Below are positions 37,472 through 47,123 of a stretch of 64,000 nt of DNA, one piece after another (positions within the stretch are counted from its first letter, which is position 1; each line of letters opens with the position of its first letter). The notes beneath the pieces are model-generated. The model had not been told where the DNA came from, did not search any database, and saw only the letters and a list, made by a program, of their open reading frames with translations. This DNA is from Candidatus Omnitrophota bacterium (lineage in GTDB: Bacteria; Omnitrophota; Gorgyraeia; JAFGHF01). The stretch is from the NCBI GenBank assembly GCA_020341815.1, contig CP070837.1, positions 692,211 through 756,210 on the forward strand, in the 5' to 3' direction. The translations under genes and the position numbers were made by a program.

Positions 37472-39403
37472 ATGGAATATGACCGTTTTCAAAAAGAAGC
37501 AATTGATTACATTAACCGCGGGCATTCCGTAATTGTCTCCGCCCCTACAGGCAGCGGTAAGACCGTTATCGCCGAACACGTTATTACCGAATGTCTCAAA
37601 AAGGCACAAGGCGTAATCTATACCGCACCCATCAAGGCCCTTTCCAACCAAAAATTCCGCGATTTTCAGGGCCAATACGGGGATAAAATCGGAATCCTCA
37701 CCGGGGACGTCTCCATAAATCCCGAAGCGCCTGTTTTGATTATGACCACAGAAATCTTTCGCAACAAGGCCCTGGAGGACCCCCGCAACCTAAAAAGATA
37801 CGCCTGGATAATCTTCGATGAGGTCCATTATATTGATAATGAGGAACGCGGCACTATCTGGGAAGAGTCGATAATGTTTCTGCCTGCGCACATGAAGATG
37901 CTCTGCCTCTCCGCCACAGTGCCTAATATCGATGAGCTCTCCCGCTGGATCGAATCGGTGCATAAGATGCCGCTTAAGCAGGTAATCGAGAAGCAGCGCC
38001 CGGTGCCTCTGCATTTTTTCTTTCAATGTCAAAACGAAATTCTGGACAGGCTTAAAAAACTGCAGCAAAAAGGATATAAAAAAAGAATAGCTCACAGTTA
38101 TCGGGGCAGACAAAGATTTACTCATGCCTTCTTCAAGCCAAACCGCCTCTCTTCGCTCCTGCACCATCTCCAGGAAAACGACGCCCTGCCCTCTATCTAC
38201 TTTGCCTTTGGCCGCCGTCGCTGCGAGACCCTGGCCCAGGAACTATTTTCCTTTAACTTCCTGACTAAGGACGAAGAAGTCCAGATTAGCTCGCTTTACG
38301 ATTCGCTTTGCGAACGCTTCGACTTAAAGCAGGAAAAAAGTGCGGCCTTACTCACCCCTTTGATTAAGCGCGGCATAGCCTACCATCATGCGGGAATGCT
38401 GCCTACATTAAAAGAGGTAATCGAGCGCCTTTTTACCTCCCGGCTGCTTAAAGTCATCTTTACCACGGAGACCTTTGCCCTGGGGATCAATATGCCCGCG
38501 CGCACCGTGGCCTTTGACGGGATGCGTAAATTCTACGGCCGCTATCACCGCAATCTAACGACGCGCGATTTCTATCAGATGGCCGGGCGCGCCGGAAGGC
38601 GGGGTATGGACAGGGAAGGTTTTGTCTATTGCCGCATCAACCCCAACAGGATTCAGCTGGATGAGGTAAGACGTATCCTCTACGGAAAACCGGAAAGGAT
38701 AACCAGTAAGTTCAATTCCTCTTACGCCACACTCTTACATCTCTACGAAAAACATCAGGAAAAGCTCTATCGGCTTTATCCTCTTTCCCTGCACTATTTT
38801 CAGGAAAAGCCGCGCAGGAGAAAAGGGGCCGAGGCCCAACTCCATGCCAAGGTAAATCTACTCAAAAAATTAGGCCATATCCGGGATAATGCACTGACCC
38901 ATAAAGGCAGATTTGCCGCCTCGCTTTACGGCTATGAACTGCCCTTAGCGGAAATCTATGAAGAAAATGTACTGGAAGAGCTTTCGCCCGTAGAGCTGGG
39001 CATCTTAGCCTGCGCTTTAGTTTATGAGCCGCGCAAAAAAGACCGTCCCCCAAAAATTACCCGTAACGTGCGCGCCTTGAAAGAGGCAACCGAGGAAATT
39101 ACAAAAAATATTCATCGCCTCGAGAAGAACTTCGGTATCTGGCCTAAATCCAAAGAATGCTTCTGGCATCTGGCGCAAGTCACCGAGGCCTGGCTGAGGG
39201 GTACAGACTTTTCCAAGCTGGGGCAATATTCGGATGTGGATGAAGGAGAGCTGATACGTTACTTCCGCATGGGACTGCAGATCTTGCGTGAAATTCGGCA
39301 GGCGCCTGTATCTTCGGATATGCTTAAAGAAAAAATCAATGGGCTTGCGGCTGTCTTTAACCGCGATATTGTCGACGCTGAGAAACAGCTAAGGCTTGAA
39401 TAA
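37472..39403 (+). CDS. Ski2-like DEVH-box superfamily-2 RNA helicase (HelY-like)
   Basis: 644 aa. Motif I APTGSGKT, motif II FDEVHYI, and motif VI QMAGRAGRRG. The start is trimmed to MEYDRFQKEAI (atg at 37472). Confidence 0.8.
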   Translation: MEYDRFQKEAIDYINRGHSVIVSAPTGSGKTVIAEHVITECLKKAQGVIYTAPIKALSNQKFRDFQGQYGDKIGILTGDVSINPEAPVLIMTTEIFRNKALEDPRNLKRYAWIIFDEVHYIDNEERGTIWEESIMFLPAHMKMLCLSATVPNIDELSRWIESVHKMPLKQVIEKQRPVPLHFFFQCQNEILDRLKKLQQKGYKKRIAHSYRGRQRFTHAFFKPNRLSSLLHHLQENDALPSIYFAFGRRRCETLAQELFSFNFLTKDEEVQISSLYDSLCERFDLKQEKSAALLTPLIKRGIAYHHAGMLPTLKEVIERLFTSRLLKVIFTTETFALGINMPARTVAFDGMRKFYGRYHRNLTTRDFYQMAGRAGRRGMDREGFVYCRINPNRIQLDEVRRILYGKPERITSKFNSSYATLLHLYEKHQEKLYRLYPLSLHYFQEKPRRRKGAEAQLHAKVNLLKKLGHIRDNALTHKGRFAASLYGYELPLAEIYEENVLEELSPVELGILACALVYEPRKKDRPPKITRNVRALKEATEEITKNIHRLEKNFGIWPKSKECFWHLAQVTEAWLRGTDFSKLGQYSDVDEGELIRYFRMGLQILREIRQAPVSSDMLKEKINGLAAVFNRDIVDAEKQLRLE

Positions 39404-41729
39404 ACTTTTCCACATATAAAGGCTTAAATTGCTTTCCTGAGCCCTTTCTTAATTCGGCAATAGCCTCTTTTGTAGTCTTGGGTATTGTGTAAGTGCGGCC
39501 CGTGGTCATAGCATCAAAGGCATCGGCAATAGAGATTATAGCGGCTCCCGCAGGAATAAGGTCCTGACCGATGCCATGAGGATAACCCGTCCCATCGTAT
39601 CTTTCATGGTGATGAAGGATTAAGGGAATATACTTCCGGAAAAACTCGATAGGCTCTAAAATCCTCACCCCCGCCTCCGAATGCTGCTTGACAATGGCAT
39701 ATTCTTCGTTTGATAATTTATCTGTTTTGCGCAGGATACTCTCGGGCATTCCTATTTTTCCAATATCGTGTAACAATGCGGCCTGCGAAATAAGCTTACG
39801 CTCTTCCTCCGGCATTCCTAAGGCTTCCGCCAGCATCAAGGCATATTTGCGCACTCTGTCGGAATGGCCTGCGGTATATGTATCCTTGGCCTCCAAGGCC
39901 TTGACCAGTGAACGGATAAACTCAAAAAAGGCCGTCTCCATATCTTTATGCGCCTGGCGCAACTCTTTCAAAGTGGTATTTAAGTCCCTGTACATATCTT
40001 CCAGGTAATCTGAAGCTATATAGCCGACTTCTGCGCCCGGCTTCTTCTCCTGCGCCCCCAGATGGACCTTATCCAGCTTTGAGTCAAATACACAAACCTC
40101 ATTTCGCTTATACCCCCTCTTTAAGGCGGCTTCGGCGCATCTAATCAGGTCGCGGGAGGAGTTTATCGCTACGTGCGGATAAGAAGCCACTCCTATGGAA
40201 AAAATTAATTTTAAGTCTTTGGCCGCTCCGCTAACTTCGAGTTCTTCAATTTCCTCTCTTAATTTTTCTCCCAGCTTAAGTACCTCATCATACTTGAGCT
40301 TAAGCAAAAGAGAGAATTTATTCTCTCCATACCTGGCCAATAAAGCGCCCCGGGGAGAGTTTTCTTTCAACATCTGGGCAATAGCCCGCAAGATGAGGTT
40401 TGCCTGTTCAATTCCATAGTCATCGCTTATCTTGCGGAAATTATCGATACTGAAAATTGCCAGGGATATATTGGACTTGGACCTTATGGCCTCAATTACT
40501 TCCGCCTGCAACCTGAACCTGAAATAACGATATATAAATAGACCCGTAGAGATATCGGTAACGACCAATTTCCTTAATTGTGCGCTGGTTAAGGAAAGCC
40601 TGAAATATTTAAAAATTCCGGCGAAGATAAATATAGATATCCCCACAAAGACTACGGCGAAATAATCCATAGTGTAATTCTTCAGGGACAGGCCAAAATA
40701 TAAAAGCAGGAAACCGGCTGTAAAAGCAACGGAAAAGAGCGCGCTTCTAAAAAAGGCAAGGTTATAACTAAAGAAGGCCAGCAATAAAGCAAAAATAAGC
40801 AAGATTATAAAAGAAACCGCAGCAGGCAGCTCTCTTAAAGAAGTGCCGTTAATTAACATCAGGATATTATTGGCGCATATGCCTACCCCGGGCATCGGAC
40901 CAAAGGGAGTCAGGTAAATATCATGGATAGCCTCGGCCTCTGCCCCCACCAGTACTATCTTATTGCGCAGATTATCAAAAGGAACCTCTTCCTGCATCAC
41001 CTTCCAGAAAGGCACCACCGTAAAATCATCAAAATCTGCCCGGTAGTTAATACTCATCGTGCCGTCTCTGCGCGCGGGAATCCTAACGTCTTCAAAAGTT
41101 ATATTTCGTCCATCGAAAGTAATCTTATCCGCAGGCGCGCCCGCATATCGGGCAGCGACTTTTATCTCAAAGGAATAATCCTTTACTTCGTATTGTGGAG
41201 AAAAAAGAATACCCCAGGTATTACGCACTCTGAAGTCGTCATCCTGGGGCTTATTGATAAAAGCTGTCTCTGCGCCCGATTGCAGAAACGGTTCATATGG
41301 CAGGACATGCTCTCCCTTTTCATCGAAAAAAGAGGCCATAAACACATTGCGAGATTTTTTAATTGCCTGGGCCAAAAGTTTATCGTCTTCGGCGCTGCTT
41401 ACACCAGTAAAAACTAAATCGAAAGATATAAGCTCCGGTTGATAACTATTTAGCTTCTCAAGCAGCTCGGCAAAGGTCCTGCGCGGCCAGGGCCATTTCT
41501 TGCCCATTTTCTTTAAGGAGATATCGTCTATGCTTATAATTATTATGTTTTCGATATTTTTCGGCTGAGGCAGGAGGGCATGCCTAAGGACAGTGGCAAT
41601 ATCCCGGGATTTCCATCTGGGAAGATTAAGAACCTCCAGAGGCACTAAGATAAATGAGTATATTATTAATATCAAGATACCTATTAACAACATCCTCAAA
41701 GTATTTTGGTCACGCCATAATTTAATCAT
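39357..41729 (-). CDS. CHASE2 sensor - degenerate GGDEF - HD-GYP c-di-GMP phosphodiesterase
   Basis: 790 aa. TM/CHASE2 N-terminal half, a degenerate GGDEF (RYGENKF), and an HD-GYP domain (HDIGK ... HHERYDGTGYP). Confidence 0.7.
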   Translation of the reverse strand: MIKLWRDQNTLRMLLIGILILIIYSFILVPLEVLNLPRWKSRDIATVLRHALLPQPKNIENIIIISIDDISLKKMGKKWPWPRRTFAELLEKLNSYQPELISFDLVFTGVSSAEDDKLLAQAIKKSRNVFMASFFDEKGEHVLPYEPFLQSGAETAFINKPQDDDFRVRNTWGILFSPQYEVKDYSFEIKVAARYAGAPADKITFDGRNITFEDVRIPARRDGTMSINYRADFDDFTVVPFWKVMQEEVPFDNLRNKIVLVGAEAEAIHDIYLTPFGPMPGVGICANNILMLINGTSLRELPAAVSFIILLIFALLLAFFSYNLAFFRSALFSVAFTAGFLLLYFGLSLKNYTMDYFAVVFVGISIFIFAGIFKYFRLSLTSAQLRKLVVTDISTGLFIYRYFRFRLQAEVIEAIRSKSNISLAIFSIDNFRKISDDYGIEQANLILRAIAQMLKENSPRGALLARYGENKFSLLLKLKYDEVLKLGEKLREEIEELEVSGAAKDLKLIFSIGVASYPHVAINSSRDLIRCAEAALKRGYKRNEVCVFDSKLDKVHLGAQEKKPGAEVGYIASDYLEDMYRDLNTTLKELRQAHKDMETAFFEFIRSLVKALEAKDTYTAGHSDRVRKYALMLAEALGMPEEERKLISQAALLHDIGKIGMPESILRKTDKLSNEEYAIVKQHSEAGVRILEPIEFFRKYIPLILHHHERYDGTGYPHGIGQDLIPAGAAIISIADAFDAMTTGRTYTIPKTTKEAIAELRKGSGKQFKPLYVEKFIQALAVSQRRQYRG

Positions 41730-41847
41730 AGATTAAAGTTTAACATACAACCTGAGACTTGTCAAAAAGAACTTGACTTATTTTTATGGATGTGATAAGA
41801 ATATTTAATAGGTATAAATATTAAAATAAAGAAAGGAGGAAGCAGAT

Positions 41848-42429
41848 ATGAAGAGAAAAAGCGCTTTTGTATTGACGGAGATAATAATAGCCTGCGTTAT
41901 TATTGCTATTATAGCCTCTATAGCCCTTGCCACCTACCAGAAAGCCAGAGAAAGGACCGATCAACTCCTTTGCGAAACCAGGGAAAAACTGATTTATACA
42001 GCCGTTAAGATGTCCATTTATGATACGGGTGTTGTCCCGGCTTCTCTCACCAAGGTCTGGGACGAGTACAAGAATAAGGCCGTAGCTCAACTAAGAGAGG
42101 AGAATAACAACTCCCGCTTTCCTTTTGTGAAGAATTGGGCCTTGGTTAAAGTGGCCGAGGCCAGCTTCGGCGACTATTACGGAAATGATCCTGCAGTTAT
42201 TACCTGTCCGCGCGATAAGACTCCTCCGCCAGGAGGCGTCTCCTATAGCATACACTCCGCCGCAAAAGGAAAAACCCGGGGCTGGATGAAGGCCAATCCA
42301 AATGCCACCTTACTCTATGAAACTGACAGTATAGGCGGAGGAGAGGTCTATCGTCATAGAGAAGGCAGAAGAAAGGTTTCTAATTATATTACCGCCGGGG
42401 GGAAGCATAGGAAAAAACATAAAGATTGA
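41848..42429 (+). CDS. Type IV pilin-like / pseudopilin protein
   Basis: The N-terminus KRKSAFVLTEIIIACVIIAIIASIALATYQ matches the prepilin cleavage/methylation helix (GFTLIE..AIP.YQ) with Ser-Ala at the cleavage site. A strong RBS precedes it. Confidence 0.45.
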   Translation: MKRKSAFVLTEIIIACVIIAIIASIALATYQKARERTDQLLCETREKLIYTAVKMSIYDTGVVPASLTKVWDEYKNKAVAQLREENNNSRFPFVKNWALVKVAEASFGDYYGNDPAVITCPRDKTPPPGGVSYSIHSAAKGKTRGWMKANPNATLLYETDSIGGGEVYRHREGRRKVSNYITAGGKHRKKHKD

Positions 42430-42818
42430 ATAAGTTGGCTATAATTGCTCTTATCATAGGCTATATAACAATAGCCTTCAGTTTAACAGTATTGATTGCG
42501 CCGAAATTTTTACGTAAGGTTGTTGATTTATTTTCTATAGGCAGTCGGATTTACGCGGTGGGACTATTACGTTTGATTTTAGGCGTGTTATTTTTGATGT
42601 TAGCGACACAGGCAAGATTCTGGGGTTATATAATAGCCCTGGGTCTTGCCTGTAGTGCTTCCGGATTGTTTATTTTCTTTATTCCCCTCAGACGAACGAA
42701 AAAGTTTCTTCAACGTCTAGAAAACCTATCGAACTCTACCCTGCGCATTTTAGCAGCTATTGGTTTTGCTATCTGGGGCCTTCTGATTTATTCTATCCTT
42801 CCGGCGATTCCTCATTAA
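42426..42818 (+). CDS. Hypothetical 4-TM membrane protein
   Basis: 130 aa, hydrophobic, with no known motif. Confidence 0.4.
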   Translation: MNKLAIIALIIGYITIAFSLTVLIAPKFLRKVVDLFSIGSRIYAVGLLRLILGVLFLMLATQARFWGYIIALGLACSASGLFIFFIPLRRTKKFLQRLENLSNSTLRILAAIGFAIWGLLIYSILPAIPH

Positions 42819-44244
42819 GCTTCGGTCTTAAAAATCGCTCAAAAGGCGACTCTTCCTTCTTGGGCTTCTCTTCCGCCTTTGGTTTTTCAGGGCCCGGCTC
42901 CTCTTGCGATGCTTCAGGTTCCCGCTTTTCCTCCGGCTCTTTTTGCTTTGGTTCTTCAGAGGCCGCTTCTACCTGCGTCTCTTCCTGCGGCGCTTCGGGT
43001 TTCTGTTCTTCTTGTTGCAACTCCTGAGGTTCTTCTTCAGGAACTTCTTCGGGCTTTTGTTCTTCCGAAGACTCCTCGACAGAACTTAAGCCTTCCTGTA
43101 TTTCTTCTTGCGATGCCTCAGGCCTTTGCTCTTCTTCCGGTTTTTCCTCCGGCTCTTCAGGCGTCTGTTCTTGTTGTGGTTCTTCAGCGGGAGACTCTGC
43201 CTGTGCTTCCTCCTGTATTACTTCAGGCTCTTCAGGCACCTGTTCCTCTTGAGGTGCCTCAGGCTGCTCTTCGGCTTTCGGTCCTTCTTCGGGCTTTTCT
43301 TCTTCCTTCGGCTCTTCAGCCTGCGCTTCTTCTTGTTGTGGCGTCTCGGGCTCATCAGGCGCCTGTTGCTCCTGGGGTTCGACTTTGGGCTCTTCCTTTA
43401 CTTCCTCGGGCTCCTGTTCTGCTTGAGGCTCCTGGGGCTTTTCCCCTTTAATTTCTTCGGCTTTAGGCCCTTCTTCGGGCTTTTCTTCTTCCTTTGGTTC
43501 TTCAGGTTTCTGCTCCTCCCGGGCCTGCTCAGGAATTGATTCTGCCTTTGCTTCCTTTTCTTTTAGCCTGGCCTCTTTTTCCTGCTCGAGCTCTTTTTTA
43601 GCTCCCTCGAGTTCTCCTTTGGCGCTTTCAAGCTCTCCTTTAGTGCCTTCAAATTCTTTTTTAGCTCCCTCAAGCTCTCCCTTGGCGTCTTCAAGCTCTT
43701 TTTTAGCTCCCTCGAGTTCTCCTTTGGCGCTTTCAAGCTTTTCTTTAAGCTGATTAAGCTCTTTCTCCAAAGCCTCTTTACCTTCTTTAAGTGTCTGGCT
43801 CTCCTGGGAAACCTTGCTTAACTCATCCTCTTTGCCCTGCAGGTCTTTCTCTAACTTCTTACACTTAATCAGCTGCTCATTAGCCTGTTTTTTCTGCTGT
43901 TCCAACTGAATGGGCAAGTCTTTCTTGGCAATAAGCTCTTTTTGCATCTGCTCGGACTTGGTCTTAAGTTCCTGATGAACTCTATCCTTCTCCTGAAGCT
44001 CTTTCTTTAAATTATCCATCTCTTCCTTCAGGCTAGCCGCTTCTGCCTGAAGTTTCTCATCCGTAACAGTAACCTGCCTAAGCTCCCCTTCCTTCTGCCG
44101 AACCTCGTCTTTCAGGCTATCTACCTGCGCCGTATATTTACCAAAGTCTTTTTTCTGCTGTCCCAGCTGCTGAAAAAGAAATAAGATAATTATTACAACC
44201 AAGCTCGCCATCAGTATTGCCAATATTAAAGGTAAAGGCAGCAT
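42793..44244 (-). CDS. Membrane-anchored coiled-coil protein with tandem heptad repeats and acidic Glu/Pro/Gln-rich C-terminal region
   Basis: 483 aa. TM helix, coiled coil, repeated GELEGAKKELEDAK units, and duplicated EEPKEEEKPEEGPKAEE blocks. Confidence 0.5.
   Translation of the reverse strand: MLPLPLILAILMASLVVIIILFLFQQLGQQKKDFGKYTAQVDSLKDEVRQKEGELRQVTVTDEKLQAEAASLKEEMDNLKKELQEKDRVHQELKTKSEQMQKELIAKKDLPIQLEQQKKQANEQLIKCKKLEKDLQGKEDELSKVSQESQTLKEGKEALEKELNQLKEKLESAKGELEGAKKELEDAKGELEGAKKEFEGTKGELESAKGELEGAKKELEQEKEARLKEKEAKAESIPEQAREEQKPEEPKEEEKPEEGPKAEEIKGEKPQEPQAEQEPEEVKEEPKVEPQEQQAPDEPETPQQEEAQAEEPKEEEKPEEGPKAEEQPEAPQEEQVPEEPEVIQEEAQAESPAEEPQQEQTPEEPEEKPEEEQRPEASQEEIQEGLSSVEESSEEQKPEEVPEEEPQELQQEEQKPEAPQEETQVEAASEEPKQKEPEEKREPEASQEEPGPEKPKAEEKPKKEESPFERFLRPKLNEESPEG
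43590..43745 (-). repeat. In-frame tandem DNA repeats (21/42-nt units, 105-nt higher-order period) within the coiled-coil gene
   Basis: gctccctcgagttctcctttggcgctttcaagct recurs at 43601 and 43706, with variants between. Confidence 0.5.
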
Positions 44245-44257
44245 AAGCCCTCCTGTC

Positions 44258-45046
44258 TTATTTTTTCAAACTATTGAACAATTCTTCTGCCTGGCTAACA
44301 GAAGCATTTTTATGAACAATTTGGCGAATGGCTTGAATCATTGCAACTGAATTATCCGACTGCCAGATATTCCTTCCCATATCTACCCCTGCAGCGCCTT
44401 GGCCTACAGCGTCACTGGCAAGCTGCAAGGCATCCAGCTCCGTCCTTAATTTAGGGCCTCCGGCAATAACTAAAGGAACGGGGGAAGCTTCCACTACCTT
44501 GTGGAAATCATCGCAATAGTATGTCTTGATTATCTGCGCGCCCAACTCTGCGGCAATGCGGCAGGCCAGAGAAAGATAACGGGCATCGCGCTTAGCCAGT
44601 TCTTTGCCCACGGCAGTAACCGCCAATACCGGTATTCCGTATTCCTGGGCTTCATTAATGAGGTTGGCTAAACCCAGTAAAGTCTGGTGCTCATACTTTG
44701 CCCCTACATAGATAGAAAAAGCACAGGCCGATACATTAAGGCGAACGGCCTCTTTTATTGAAGTAGTAATTGCCTCTTTAGAAAGGTCCTCTCCCACAAT
44801 GCTGTTGCCTCCGGAAACCCTTAAGATTACCGGTGGAGAAGTCTTGGCATCTATGCAATTGCGCAAGACGCCTCTGGTAAGCATCAGGGCATCGGCAAAG
44901 CCAAGAAGGGGCCTAACCGTCTCCTGGGGCTTTTCCAATTTGCTCACCGCTCCTAAGAAATAACCGTGGTCTATGGCCAGCCATACTGCCCGGCCTGTCT
45001 CCGGTTTTATCAATTTACTTATGCGATTTTGCATTCCCCAATCCAT
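44258..45046 (-). CDS. Class I aldolase of the DhnA/FbaB family (COG1830; fructose-bisphosphate aldolase / ADH-synthase-like)
   Basis: 262 aa. ..WLAIDHG.. and the Schiff-base lysine context ..IIKTYY... Confidence 0.6.
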   Translation of the reverse strand: MDWGMQNRISKLIKPETGRAVWLAIDHGYFLGAVSKLEKPQETVRPLLGFADALMLTRGVLRNCIDAKTSPPVILRVSGGNSIVGEDLSKEAITTSIKEAVRLNVSACAFSIYVGAKYEHQTLLGLANLINEAQEYGIPVLAVTAVGKELAKRDARYLSLACRIAAELGAQIIKTYYCDDFHKVVEASPVPLVIAGGPKLRTELDALQLASDAVGQGAAGVDMGRNIWQSDNSVAMIQAIRQIVHKNASVSQAEELFNSLKK

Positions 45047-45061
45047 ATTTTTTCTCCTTTT

Positions 45062-46999
45062 TTAAAGAATAAACAGAAGTATCGCCAAACTAAAGAAAAG
45101 AACAACAGTTGCTATCTTTATACCATCTAAATGCCTATTTGTAAATAGGGCAAATTTTTCCGAAGCAAATCCTTTATCGGCCAGAAGAAATACAGCCACC
45201 AAAGGCAGAGTAAAAACCAGATTATATAATATAAGATATAAAAAGGCCGAAGCGCGAAGATGCGGTACCTTTAATACAAAGGCAATAGTAGGAAAGTACA
45301 CCTGCCCCGTGCAGGGAAATTCAAAAAGGGCCACAATGCAGCCGGTTACAAATGTCGCAGCAATAAGAGCGGCTAAAGGTCTTCGACTATCGGCTATATC
45401 TCTTAAACGATCGTGCAGTTTAAGACCGCAACCTTTCATCTGGCCTGTCTTTTTATATCTTATGTAGTCACAAAGGTTATAAACACCCAAACCCAACACC
45501 AATAAAGCAATGGCATAATAAATCAGGCGGGACAGACGAGAAAAGACCTCTAATCTTTGCAGTCCCTGAAAAATGCCTAAGCCAATGGCAAGATAGGTTA
45601 AAAAGACACTGATAATAAAAGTAGCCCCCACGCAGGCAATCTGGCGGCGCCCGTAACTATTTAAAGCCAGCAAAGAGACAAAAAAAATCAAGGTGGCAAA
45701 GGCGCAAGGGTTGATACCGTCAATTAATCCGGCGGTAATTACCAGGGCCGGACTGAAAGTGGAAAAATTATCAATTATGGCATTATCTCCTCCTGCCTCT
45801 ATTCTTTCCGCAGCTACTGCTTCCTGTTCCGATAAAGCTTTAATAGCTCCTTTAAGCTCTTTCTTTATTTGTTCCTTTCCCCTTAAGGCTATATTGGGCA
45901 AAAACACCTCGGGGATAGGACCTTTAGATAGCCCGTATTCCTTCTCCATCTTCAATTTGAGCGCAAGCGCATCGCTATCCGATATATTATGGTAATTTAT
46001 TTCGATCTTATCTTTATATTCTGACTCTATCTCCGACAAAAGCCTATTCTTTATTTCCCGGCAGCTTGAACAGGCATTGGAATAGAAGAAGTCTATTGCG
46101 ATAACTCCGGATGCAACTTTTCTTGCAGCAGAAGCCAATGCCTTTCTCTTAAAAGGCTCATATTGTTTAAGCCCTTCTAAATTAGGGATAAGATAGACAT
46201 TTTCCCATAAAAAGGTGGGTGAGCGCTTTATCTGTAAACTTTCCGCCTCTTTAGAGTCATCCTTAAGTATCTCTAAGGCCCATTCTTTTTTGGATTCTAT
46301 AATATCCGCAGAGATTCCTAATTCCTTAAGCGCCTCTTCTCTATTTTTATCCTGGATGAGCAAAAGATAATCCCGGAATTTATCGGGATAGTGTTTCTGA
46401 ATAATAATCTGGGCTATGTCTTCCTTTGTCTCGCTAGGCCCATAAAAAGAGGATATGCCAAACTCATGAACCTTAACCAGGTATCTTAAATTAAGGTCTA
46501 TATCTATATCTCTCTGCCTGATAAAATCGATTAGCTCTGCCTGAGTAGTCTTTGAGTAAGGACAAAATGCCCCCACAAACATATCCAGCCTGTTGGGTTT
46601 TCTTTTTCTGTCCAAAAGCATAACAGTGCCCAGCTTCAACTGCTCATCGGGAATCACATAATAGTCTTTAACCTTAACCACCATCTTGTGACGGACCATA
46701 TGAAAGAACGCGTCACGATTGGCAATAGATTTATCGTAAATAACGAAAGGGACAAACTTGATATCCAGCTCCTTTATGTATTTACGCGCCTGGGTGGAAT
46801 TATATTCGAGATAGGTCTCGCGAGAATCGGGAAAGAGTGTTTTTATGCTTTGCCTTAACGTGGAATTGACGCCTGCGAGGTCTCTTGAGGAAATAAGGGT
46901 ATAATTAAGCTGCTCTTCGGACTTACCGAAAGCTAAAGCTGAATATAAAAATGCGCTCAAAATAATCGCAATAGAAAGTATGGATAATATTTTTTTCAT
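45062..46999 (-). CDS. DsbD/CcdA-type transmembrane disulfide-transfer domain fused to a large N-terminal periplasmic thioredoxin-like region
   Basis: 645 aa. Signal peptide, a CxxC (NACSSCREI) periplasmic region, and a C-terminal CcdA-like TM core (..ITAGLIDGINPCAFATL..). Confidence 0.55.
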   Translation of the reverse strand: MKKILSILSIAIILSAFLYSALAFGKSEEQLNYTLISSRDLAGVNSTLRQSIKTLFPDSRETYLEYNSTQARKYIKELDIKFVPFVIYDKSIANRDAFFHMVRHKMVVKVKDYYVIPDEQLKLGTVMLLDRKRKPNRLDMFVGAFCPYSKTTQAELIDFIRQRDIDIDLNLRYLVKVHEFGISSFYGPSETKEDIAQIIIQKHYPDKFRDYLLLIQDKNREEALKELGISADIIESKKEWALEILKDDSKEAESLQIKRSPTFLWENVYLIPNLEGLKQYEPFKRKALASAARKVASGVIAIDFFYSNACSSCREIKNRLLSEIESEYKDKIEINYHNISDSDALALKLKMEKEYGLSKGPIPEVFLPNIALRGKEQIKKELKGAIKALSEQEAVAAERIEAGGDNAIIDNFSTFSPALVITAGLIDGINPCAFATLIFFVSLLALNSYGRRQIACVGATFIISVFLTYLAIGLGIFQGLQRLEVFSRLSRLIYYAIALLVLGLGVYNLCDYIRYKKTGQMKGCGLKLHDRLRDIADSRRPLAALIAATFVTGCIVALFEFPCTGQVYFPTIAFVLKVPHLRASAFLYLILYNLVFTLPLVAVFLLADKGFASEKFALFTNRHLDGIKIATVVLFFSLAILLFIL

Positions 47000-47003
47000 C
47001 TTT

Positions 47004-47088
47004 TTATTACTGAAATCACTGAAACTATTACACTGAAATCACTGAGATCTTATTCAGTGCTTTCAGTAATAATTCAGTGCTCTCAGTG
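47004..47088. promoter_or_regulatory. Intergenic palindrome with an array of CACTGA/TCAGTG hexamers (candidate operator/promoter region upstream of the 45062-46999 gene)
   Basis: ttattactgaaatcactgaaa (47004-47024) pairs with ttcagtgctttcagtaataa (47053-47072). There are at least 6 copies of CACTGA or its complement in 85 nt. Confidence 0.35.
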
Positions 47089-47123
47089 TTTACAGTTTAA
47101 CATACATCTTCTCTTACTGCTAT

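Noticed and set aside
42879-43539. Plus-strand ORFs of 190, 61 and 143 aa
   Set aside because: They are antisense to the EP-rich coiled-coil gene. The repetitive L/F/R translations are an artefact of GAA/GAG/CCT-rich coding repeats.
43590-43745. Possible CRISPR-like direct repeats
   Set aside because: The repeats are contiguous with no unique spacers and are in-frame inside a protein-coding gene. They are heptad-encoding tandem repeats, not a CRISPR array. No cas genes are present.
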